Origin: Thermostichus sp. DRC_bins_24
GTDB lineage: Bacteria > Cyanobacteriota > Cyanobacteriia > Thermostichales > Thermostichaceae
Direction of reading: 5' to 3'
DNA length: 43,771 nt
Assembly: GCA_039794845.1 (NCBI GenBank)
Contig: JAUQVK010000011.1
Coordinates: forward strand, 1 to 43,771
Below the pieces are notes generated by a model. It did not search any database. It was not told the DNA's origin and saw only the letters and a program-made list of their open reading frames with translations. Shown piece after piece: positions 1-7,247 of the stretch; positions within the stretch are counted from its first letter, which is position 1, and every line of letters begins with the position of its first letter. The translations under genes and the position numbers were made by a program.

Positions 1-58
1 TTAACCTCTCTGTCGTTAGGCGGATCCTTCGATCCTCATAATCAGCTAAGCTCTCCAC
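1..58 (-). CDS. 5' start of a small ORF running off the window edge (MESLADYEDRRIRLTTERL...), possibly RelE/PBECR-like nuclease toxin family
   Basis: GTG at 58-56 with GGAGG 8 nt upstream; open to the window edge. DY-x3-IRLT-x-ERL resembles the N-terminus of small RelE-like proteins often paired with DUF2283 (recalled, not searched). Confidence 0.4.
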   Translation of the reverse strand, partial: MESLADYEDRRIRLTTERL

Positions 59-112
59 CCCAGACTCCTCCGATACTGATCAGCCTCGTAGCCCACTATA
101 CTGGTCTTTCCA

Positions 113-376
113 TTTTCCAGATTCCAGTTTTCCAATTCCATAGGGGGAGGCCTGGACTGGAAAAAATCAGTCAATTCTTATACATACCAACAGAGGATCC
201 CTATCCGTACTGTCCTGGGAGGGAGAGGAATCCTCTCTTAGAGTCAAAATCTTAAGAGAACCTAAAGACCTACTATAGATATCCGTATTCCTCTCCCAGG
301 TTAAGCTAACTTCTATACCAATTTTTTCCATTCCAGCTTTCCCCCCCTAGGATCTGGAAAACTGGAATCTGGAAAA
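113..376. repeat. Long inverted repeat built from TTCCA units (candidate origin or MITE)
   Basis: TTTTCCAGATTCCAGTTTTCCA (113-134) is the exact reverse complement of 355-376; imperfect pairing extends over about 113-167 / 321-376. Confidence 0.8.
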
Positions 377-439
377 GCTGGTTAAGCTTTATACGTGCTG
401 TACTTAGACCCCCAGGGGAAGAGAGATCCCACCCAGCCC

Positions 440-784
440 TTAACCACAGATGGGCCTGCGGTTAAGCAAGGTTTCGAGGATCCTGGAAGAGATCGTGAGC
501 TTCTGCATCCAGGAGAGCTTGGGATCCTCGATCATCTGTTCCAAGGCATCCAGAGCTTTCGTGGAAGCCTCTACGACCTTCTCCAGGATCCTGGAGTTCG
601 CCTCATGCTGGAGCAGGTTCAGATAACCCAAGAACTTGGAATCTGACTTCCAATGCGCCACGGTACAAGGATGGATCCCTAGCTCCTGGGCCACTTGTTC
701 ATTGCTGGAGCCTAGGAGCATCAGCCCCGCTGCCCGCATCTGAGCTGGGGATAGAGAAGTCCCTTGTTTTCGTCTGGATGCCAT
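440..784 (-). CDS. Helix-turn-helix DNA-binding protein of phage/satellite type (phBC6A51-like or small-terminase-like)
   Basis: LSPAQMRAAGLMLLGSSNEQVAQELGIHPCTVAHWK HTH followed by a helical tail. ATG at 784 preferred over the ORF-track start at 853. Confidence 0.65.
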   Translation of the reverse strand: MASRRKQGTSLSPAQMRAAGLMLLGSSNEQVAQELGIHPCTVAHWKSDSKFLGYLNLLQHEANSRILEKVVEASTKALDALEQMIEDPKLSWMQKLTISSRILETLLNRRPICG

Positions 785-1178
785 AGATTTCCCCCCATTG
801 CCCATTCCTGCCCAGGCTAACAAAACCCAAAAATTGTCGGAGCACCCAGCCACCCCCCAATAGGGGATCCCTATACCCTTTCCGTTTTTTTTGGACAGTT
901 TGAATTAAGACTTTATTTCCCTCGATAATCCTAGTTATTTCTTTCGAGAATAGTTCTAGTTGAAATGTTCTGCCTTACGAGGTTGTTTAATATCAAACAA
1001 TTCCTGAAAAAGGAATTGTTTGCACTTGAGACTATTTCGCCTTGGATCAAATTAGCTTCGACTATTTGCGCTAATCCATTTAGCGTTAGTTACTTCAGCG
1101 TCAACTCATTTAATGCTGCTAGCATTTCAATTTTCTTCTTTTTTCCTCTTCCAGGAGTGGTTTTGCAGGAGTGGTTTT

Positions 1179-1400
1179 GGTAGAAGCTGGGTAGAATGGG
1201 TGCTGTAAACGCCTGAGACCCCTTCGGCGTAAGGCTAGTTGGCGCACTCAAAATGCGGCGGGAAACCGTGTCGGTTCGAATCCGACCTTGCCCATCAAGC
1301 CTTTACCCGTAAGGGTTCTGCCACATTTTGCCTCTAAGGCCCTCGCCCAAAGGGCGTTTTGGTAGAAACCGGGTAGAAAACTGGTAGAAGACTTTCTACC
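1179..1400. repeat. GGTAGAA repeats flanking the att core (putative integrase arm-type sites)
   Basis: GGTAGAA at 1179 and 1190 (left) and at 1361, 1372, 1383 (right), all at an 11-bp period; inverted TTCTACC at 1394. Confidence 0.7.
1243..1294 (+). mobile_element. att core: 3' fragment of tRNA-Leu(CAA)
   Basis: Anticodon arm CGCA-CTCAAAA-TGCG, long variable arm, T-arm GTCGG-TTCGAAT-CCGAC and acceptor 3' strand CTTGCCCA are present; the 5' acceptor strand and D-arm are missing. Confidence 0.85.
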
Positions 1401-1451
1401 AGCCCCTAGCCGCCATCCAGCAAGGGGGCAGGCTTCTAACCCTTAGAAGCC

Positions 1452-1568
1452 ATGAGATTCACCGTCAACCCAGACAAGGGATCCTATCGGATCGACTTTT
1501 CCCTGGAAGGGAGAAGGAAGCGTTTCTACCGGGATCCGCCGCAGTGCTCCGCCTATGCCTGCGGTTAG
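1452..1568 (+). pseudogene. N-terminal stub of a tyrosine integrase (arm DNA-binding domain)
   Basis: MRFTVNPDKGSYRIDFSLEGRRKRFY fits the arm-binding beta-sheet pattern (G-x-x-R-I-x-F-x-x-x-G-x-R); similarity ends at GGGATCC (1531); lies right after the att site and arm repeats. Confidence 0.6.
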
Positions 1569-1702
1569 GGTAGGGGGTGGTGTAGCGGCGGGCCACCGCA
1601 GGGGGCAACGGCGGCGGCACAGTCGGCACTGTTAAGCTGAGCACGCACCATGACAACCCGACAACCCATGCAAGATATCCACAGCCGGACGAGGATGTCA
1701 AA

Positions 1703-1801
1703 GTGAGTCTGACGTTGCCGAAACTGTTGGCTGCCACCTCCTTTGGACATCTGTTAGGGGCGGGGGGGATCCTCGGTCTCAGCTGCCTGGGCGGCCTCTA
1801 A
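1703..1801 (+). pseudogene. psaK: psaK C-terminal fragment (second transmembrane helix)
   Basis: Frame reads VSLTLPKLLAATSFGHLLGAGGILGLSCLGGL*, matching the PsaK motif LPxLLAxxSFGH(I/L)LGAGxILGL; no recognisable N-terminal half upstream. Confidence 0.65.
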
Positions 1802-1843
1802 ATTCATCTCATCCAGTGCCCTCTCCCAAAGCGAGGGAGGGGG

Positions 1844-2791
1844 CTAAACCCGTTCTCGGGCCTGAAAGGGGATCAGCAGCGCCCGCGGGGCCTTGGCATG
1901 GCGAGCCACCAGCACTAAGGCCACAATACTCAGCCCATAGGGCAGCATCAAAAAAAATTGATAGGGAATCTGCCGGCCCCAGATTTGCTGCAATCGCACC
2001 TGCAACGCATCCAAACCCCCAAACAACAGTGCCCCCCCCAAAGCCCGCCAGGGATCCCAGCCGGCAAAGATCACCAAAGCAATGCAGATCCAGCCGCGCC
2101 CATTGACGATATTGAAGAAAAAGGCATCAAAAGCCGACAGGGTCAGGAAAGCCCCGGCCATCGCCATCAGGGCACTGCCCACCATCACCGCCCCCGTGCG
2201 CACCCCATAGACCGGGATCCCTTGGGCATAGGCAGCGGCGGGATTTTCCCCCACCATGCGCAGGGCCAAGCCCAGGGGGGTGCGATAGAGGACATAGGCC
2301 ATGGTTGGCACCAGCAACAAACTCAAGTAGGTGAGGGGCGGCTGGGTAAACAGGGTCTCTCCCAGCCAGGGGAGTTGGGAAAGCCCGGGGACAGGCCAAG
2401 GACTGAAGGGGGTAATCTTGGGGGGTGAGGTGACCTGGGGTAGGGCCATGCGATAGACGAAATAGGCCAAGTTCGTGCTGAGGAGGGTGATGCCGATGCC
2501 GGTGACATGCTGGGAAACCCCTAGCCGCACCGTCAGCAGGCTGTGGAGTAGCCCCAAACCTGCCCCCAGCAGCGCCGCACAAGCCACCCCCGTCCAGAGA
2601 TCCGCCCCTTGGTAAACCACCAGCCAGCCCGCCATCGCCCCCAGGGTCATGATCCCTTCGATGCCTAGATTCAACACCCCCGCCCGCTCACAGAGCAGCT
2701 CCCCCAAAGTTCCCAACAGCAGCGGCGTACCAATACGCAGGGTTGCCACCCAAAAGCTCGCCGCCGTCACCACCCCCCACACCTCAAACAT
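1844..2791 (-). CDS. ABC transporter permease (BPD_transp_2, nucleoside/purine type)
   Basis: ERAGVLNLGIEG, RMVGENP and GRGWICIALV motifs; hydrophobic; in operon. Confidence 0.92.
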   Translation of the reverse strand: MFEVWGVVTAASFWVATLRIGTPLLLGTLGELLCERAGVLNLGIEGIMTLGAMAGWLVVYQGADLWTGVACAALLGAGLGLLHSLLTVRLGVSQHVTGIGITLLSTNLAYFVYRMALPQVTSPPKITPFSPWPVPGLSQLPWLGETLFTQPPLTYLSLLLVPTMAYVLYRTPLGLALRMVGENPAAAYAQGIPVYGVRTGAVMVGSALMAMAGAFLTLSAFDAFFFNIVNGRGWICIALVIFAGWDPWRALGGALLFGGLDALQVRLQQIWGRQIPYQFFLMLPYGLSIVALVLVARHAKAPRALLIPFQARERV

Positions 2792-2794
2792 CAG

Positions 2795-3844
2795 CTACTC
2801 CCACCGCAGTCGGTAGCGAATCAAACACAAACAGACCAATAGCCACAGCAGCGCCGCTGCCACCATTACATCTGCCAAATAACTGGACACCCCCAAAACC
2901 CGTCCCATGCTATCCGCCCCCACATAGATCCCGGCCACGAAAATGGCCGCCGCCACCACCCCCAGGGGATGCAACTGCCCCAGCATGGCCACCACAATGC
3001 CCGTGTAACCAAACCCTGGCGACAAATCCAATGTCAAATACCCCTTCAACCCCGTCAACTCACACACTCCCGCCAGCCCCGCCAGCCCACCCCCCACCAA
3101 AGAGGTATAGAGAATCACCTGGGGCACCGGGATCCCGAAAAACCGAGCGGCCATGGGATTGGCGCCCACCGCCCGCATCTCAAACCCCCAGATGGTCAAC
3201 CGCTGCCAGCCCCAGACCGCCAGGGCGGCCACCACAGCAAGGATCAAACCTGCGTGCAGGCGACTGCGGGGGATCAACTTGGGCAACACCGCCGCCTCCA
3301 GCACCGGCGCCGCCTGGGGCCAACCCAACGCCAAGGGATCCCGCAGGGGACCTTCTAGCAGGTAGCTCACCAGCAGCAGCACGACAAAATTGAGCAGCAG
3401 GGTTGTCACCACCTCATCCACCTGCAACTGCGTCTTCAGCCAGGCGGGGATCCACAGCAGCAAGCCCCCGGCCATCCAGCCTGCCAGCAGCAGCAGCGGC
3501 AACAGCAGCGGCTCCGGCACCGGCACCCCCCCCGTGCCCAGCAGGGTCGCCGCCAAAGCCCCCGCATAAAACTGCCCCTCCGCCCCGATATTCCACAGCT
3601 TGGCCTGGAAACACACCGCCACCCCCAGCCCCGTCAACATCAGCGGGATGGCCCGAGTCAGAGTTTCCGTCAGGGCAAACCCCGAGCCCACCGCCCCCTG
3701 GATCAACGCCCCATAGGCCGTCACCACCGGGGATCCCGTCCAGAGGATCAAAACGCTGCAGGACAGCAGAGCCAGAGTCACTGCCAGCAGGGGGGCCAGC
3801 AGGGTCAGCCAGACCGGGATGTGCGGGCGCAGCTCAAGACGCAT
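2795..3844 (-). CDS. ABC transporter permease (BPD_transp_2, nucleoside/purine type)
   Basis: WNIGAEGQ, GFEMRAVGAN and GYTGIVVAMLG motifs. Confidence 0.92.
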   Translation of the reverse strand: MRLELRPHIPVWLTLLAPLLAVTLALLSCSVLILWTGSPVVTAYGALIQGAVGSGFALTETLTRAIPLMLTGLGVAVCFQAKLWNIGAEGQFYAGALAATLLGTGGVPVPEPLLLPLLLLAGWMAGGLLLWIPAWLKTQLQVDEVVTTLLLNFVVLLLVSYLLEGPLRDPLALGWPQAAPVLEAAVLPKLIPRSRLHAGLILAVVAALAVWGWQRLTIWGFEMRAVGANPMAARFFGIPVPQVILYTSLVGGGLAGLAGVCELTGLKGYLTLDLSPGFGYTGIVVAMLGQLHPLGVVAAAIFVAGIYVGADSMGRVLGVSSYLADVMVAAALLWLLVCLCLIRYRLRWE

Positions 3845-5369
3845 AGCCTTGTCCCGCCATCTGCAAACCCAAAGCCGTTCGGGTGGCCTGCTCCCGGGCT
3901 ATCGGCTCCGAGAGCCGCCCCCGGTAAAGCACCCCAATCCGATCCGCCAAACTCAATAACTCGTCCAGATCCTCCGAAATTAACAGGATCCCTGCCCCCC
4001 CTTGGCGGGCTGCCAGCAACTGCCCATGCACATAGGCCACCGCCCCCACATCCAAGCCCTGGGTCGGCTGATGGGCCACAATCAACTGGGGATCCCGGAA
4101 CAGTTCCCGCGCCAGGATCACCTTTTGCTGATTGCCTCCGGAAAGGACTTGAGCCGGTGCCCTCACCGACCCTTGGTGGCCGCGCACCTCAAACCTGGCC
4201 AGAGCGGCCGCCGCCTGTTGCTCAATCACCTGGCGCCGCAGCAGCCCCCAGCGACAAAACGGCTGTTCCCGGTAGCGTCCCCCCAGCCAATTCTCCCAGA
4301 GACTCAGGGAGCCGATCAGCCCGGTGCCTTGGCGGTCTTCGGGAATGCGGGCCACCCCCTTTTGGATCAGCAGTTGGGGCGTCCAGAACCGCAGCACCTG
4401 CCCGGCCAGTCGCATCCCCCCCTGCTCTGGCCGCCGCCCACCACAGAGCACATCCACCAAAGCCGTCTGCCCATTGCCCGCCACCCCCGCAATCCCAACA
4501 ATTTCCCCCCGATGCACCCGCAGCGAAACCTCCCTCAACCCCCCACCAGACACCCCCTGCAACTCCAACACCACCTCCCCCCGCCCTTGGGGATCCCGGA
4601 CCAGAGCCGGGATTTGGTGTCCCACCATGGCAGCGGCCAATGCCGTGGTCGTGGTGGTGGCCGTCGGGGTCGAGAGCACCACCCGCCCTTGGCGCAGCAC
4701 CACCACCCGGTCACTGACCGCCATCACCTCCTGCAACTTGTGGGAAATCAGCAGAATCGACAGCCCCCGTTCCACCATCCGCCGCAGGGTAGCAAACAAC
4801 TGCTCCACCTCCGGAGGCGTCAGCACCGCCGTCGGCTCATCCAAAATCAAAATCCTTGCCCCCCGGTAGAGCACCTTGAGAATCTCCACCCGTTGCCGTT
4901 CCCCCACCGACAAAGATCCCACCAGCGCATCGGCAGGGATGTCCAGCCCCAGTTCCGTCGCCAGGTGCATTAACTTAGAGCGGGCTTGGGCACGGGCCGA
5001 CCAGAGCTGCCACAGAGGTTCTGTGCCCAGGATGACATTGTCCAGCACCGACAGATTCTCTGCCAGCAACACATGCTGATGTACCATCCCCAGCCCAGCC
5101 GCCAGCGCTGCCGCCGGGGATCCCAAGGTCAGAGGTTGTCCGAACACCCGCACCTGTCCCTGGTCTGGCAGGTAGTGTCCGAAGAGGATATTCATCAGCG
5201 TGGTTTTGCCGGCCCCGTTTTCCCCCAAAATGGCCACAATCTCCCCCACCTTTACCGTGAGATCGATGCGATCATTGGCCAGCAGCTCCCCGAAGCGTTT
5301 GCTGATCCCTTGCACCTGCAGCGCCAGCTCAGACCCCAGCTCAGACCGTGGACTTGGGTTCATTGTCAT
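3834..5369 (-). CDS. ABC transporter ATP-binding protein, tandem domains (CUT2/NupA-like)
   Basis: Walker A GENGAGKTT, LSVGERQ, ILDEPT, second domain LSGGNQQK; start could be 5384, 5369 or 5363. Confidence 0.93.
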   Translation of the reverse strand: MTMNPSPRSELGSELALQVQGISKRFGELLANDRIDLTVKVGEIVAILGENGAGKTTLMNILFGHYLPDQGQVRVFGQPLTLGSPAAALAAGLGMVHQHVLLAENLSVLDNVILGTEPLWQLWSARAQARSKLMHLATELGLDIPADALVGSLSVGERQRVEILKVLYRGARILILDEPTAVLTPPEVEQLFATLRRMVERGLSILLISHKLQEVMAVSDRVVVLRQGRVVLSTPTATTTTTALAAAMVGHQIPALVRDPQGRGEVVLELQGVSGGGLREVSLRVHRGEIVGIAGVAGNGQTALVDVLCGGRRPEQGGMRLAGQVLRFWTPQLLIQKGVARIPEDRQGTGLIGSLSLWENWLGGRYREQPFCRWGLLRRQVIEQQAAAALARFEVRGHQGSVRAPAQVLSGGNQQKVILARELFRDPQLIVAHQPTQGLDVGAVAYVHGQLLAARQGGAGILLISEDLDELLSLADRIGVLYRGRLSEPIAREQATRTALGLQMAGQGYAS

Positions 5370-6345
5370 CAATGGCAACCACAAACGATCCGGCCAAAAT
5401 CTCCTCCTGACGTTGCATCACCTTGGCCTTCAGTTCCGCCGGCACCCGGTCAGCAAAGGTACCCCAATCGGACAAACTGGAGCCACCGTACTTCATCATG
5501 CTGTAGACCCCGTAATCTTCTGCCTTAAAAGTGCCCGCCTTGACCGCTTCGATCGCCCGGTCAATGGTTGGTTCCATGTGCCAGAGGGCGCTCACCACCA
5601 CCGTATCCGGGTAGTCCGGCTGCGTATCAATCACATTGCCGATCGCCAGGATCCCCCGTTCCTTAGCGGCATCCGAGACCCCAAACCGCTCCGCATAGAG
5701 AATATCGGCCCCGGCATCAATTTGGGCAAACGCCGCTTCCTTCGCCTTAGGGGGGTCAAACCAACTGCCGATAAAGGTCACCAAAAACTTCACCTCCGGC
5801 TGCAGTTCCTTCGCCCCGGCCATAAAGGCATTCATCAAGCGATTCACCTCCGGAATCGGGTAGCCCCCCACCATGCCGATCAACTTCGACTGGGTTAGCC
5901 CACCCGCCACCATCCCCGTCAAATAAGACGGCTCATGGATATAGTTATCGAAGACGGCAAAATTGGGCAGGGCCGGATCCGGCTTCAGGCTGGATCCCAT
6001 CAAAAAGCTCACCTTGGGATAGTCCTTAGCCACCGCCCGGGCTTCCCGTTCCACCCCAAACACTTCCCCCACGATCAGTTGGGTGCCGGCCTCCGCATAC
6101 TGGCGCATCACCCGCGGGTAGTCCGTATTGGAGACGGATTCCGACCACTGATACTCAATATCCCCCCGTTGGGTGGCCGCCATCAGGGCCTTGTGGATGC
6201 GGCTGACCCACTGCTGTTCGATCGGCACCGTATAGATCCCAGCCACCTTCAGCTGCGAGCCCTGGGCCCAACCGCGACTGGCCACCATACCGGCCATGAA
6301 CGCCCCAGACTGGATCAAAAAATCTCGCCGTCGCCATCCCTGCAT
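5341..6345 (-). CDS. BMP/PnrA-family ABC substrate-binding protein, Tat-exported
   Basis: RRRDFL twin-arginine signal; BMP motifs GMVGG-x-PIPEV and GSWFDPPKAKEAA. Confidence 0.92.
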   Translation of the reverse strand: MQGWRRRDFLIQSGAFMAGMVASRGWAQGSQLKVAGIYTVPIEQQWVSRIHKALMAATQRGDIEYQWSESVSNTDYPRVMRQYAEAGTQLIVGEVFGVEREARAVAKDYPKVSFLMGSSLKPDPALPNFAVFDNYIHEPSYLTGMVAGGLTQSKLIGMVGGYPIPEVNRLMNAFMAGAKELQPEVKFLVTFIGSWFDPPKAKEAAFAQIDAGADILYAERFGVSDAAKERGILAIGNVIDTQPDYPDTVVVSALWHMEPTIDRAIEAVKAGTFKAEDYGVYSMMKYGGSSLSDWGTFADRVPAELKAKVMQRQEEILAGSFVVAIDDNEPKSTV

Positions 6346-6370
6346 AGCCTATCCTCTGAACCAGGTTTTC

Positions 6371-6413
6371 ATCCTAGGCATCCCCCCTCAAGAAAAAGCG
6401 TATCCTAGGTTAC
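6371..6413 (-). promoter_or_regulatory. NtcA-activated (class II) promoter of the BMP ABC operon
   Basis: Minus strand GTA-ACCTAGGA-TAC (6413-6400), 23 nt, then TAGGAT (6376-6371), which fits the TAN3T -10 box. Confidence 0.75.
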
Positions 6414-6667
6414 CAAGATTTCCCTAAAGATTCCTGACTCCAGACTCACAGCCAGCAGACACTGAATGTAGGAATCTAGGTTTGGTGGAATCTGCTGGCT
6501 TAGTCTTCCCTTAAGGGTGGGACTGTAGCAGTGCAACTCAATGTCAGCTTCGGAAGCCTCAAGAACATCAACTTGGGGGTGTCAGCTAGGACGTGTTGAC
6601 AATTTATCAGCTTATCTGAGCCAAATCTGGATGGCTCCCGAGTAAGCAAAACCCAGATAACTCCTCA

Positions 6668-6766
6668 GGGCACATCGAAAAATTCAAGCCTTATTGAGAA
6701 CAGTAAGGATAGAATGAGGACTCTAGCCTTATCCGACTTGCAACAAGGTAATTAATCGAAGTGCCC
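6668..6766. mobile_element. 99-bp MITE, copy 1
   Basis: Ends GGGCACATCGAAAAATT / AATTAATCGAAGTGCCC form an imperfect inverted repeat; homologous along its length to 28316-28445. Confidence 0.8.
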
Positions 6767-6859
6767 TTCTGTTGATATATCGAGTTTTCCTCTAGGAACA
6801 GATGGCAGAATTGGAATTATATTGGAGAAGGATCCCTCTTTCGGTGTATTCAGGATTGT

Positions 6860-6973
6860 CAATAACGATCCAGCTCAGCAGCCCTGCCGGGACACCCAAA
6901 GCAAACGAGAACCGACCGCCAAGCTATTACCAACCCGTTGAGATGGCAGGTCTGCCGCAGCGGCTTATCCGGC
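6860..6973 (-). mobile_element. attC-like integron recombination site
   Basis: Minus strand: R'' GCCGGAT, AAGCC, L'' GCTGCGGC, AGACCTGCC ... GGCAGGGCT, L' GCTGAGC, TGGATC, R' GTTATTG. L'' has one extra base; the site begins 1 nt after the ORF stop. Confidence 0.65.
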
Positions 6974-6974
6974 G

Positions 6975-7244
6975 TTAGTTCAACATTGTTATGATGCAAT
7001 CTACTATTTCACCTTCTCGAACAAGAGCTATTCCTTTCCTACCTGCCAAATGTGCCCACGTCTCGTCTGGGCTACAAAACTCCCACAATTCATCACCCGG
7101 CCTCATTTGTTTTTTGAATCTTGACCATTCCTCATTCATAAAACCGAATGGAATTGGGTTGGGACCAAGACGCTCATCTTGGACCATATGTAAAGTTTCT
7201 AACTCGGCGACCGTGACTCGTTTGCGTAACCACTCCGGATACAT
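6975..7244 (-). CDS. Hypothetical protein, gene-cassette-like (89 aa)
   Basis: ATG with GGAAGGGGG upstream; AT-richer codons than its neighbours; immediately followed by the attC-like site. Confidence 0.75.
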   Translation of the reverse strand: MYPEWLRKRVTVAELETLHMVQDERLGPNPIPFGFMNEEWSRFKKQMRPGDELWEFCSPDETWAHLAGRKGIALVREGEIVDCIITMLN

Positions 7245-7247
7245 TAA

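Noticed and set aside
1..21. GTTAGGC as the R' box of another attC
   Set aside because: No correctly spaced L' box is visible, and the sequence is explained by the minus-strand ORF start.
965..1183. 72-aa plus-strand ORF
   Set aside because: AT-rich, no recognisable motif or RBS, and overlaps the att arm repeats.
1215..1294. Intact tRNA-Leu gene
   Set aside because: No 5' acceptor strand (GGGCAAG) or D-arm; it is only a 3' duplication.
1816..6408. Long Pro/His/Gln-rich antisense ORFs here and over other genes
   Set aside because: Shadow frames of GC-rich genes with clear family assignments on the opposite strand.
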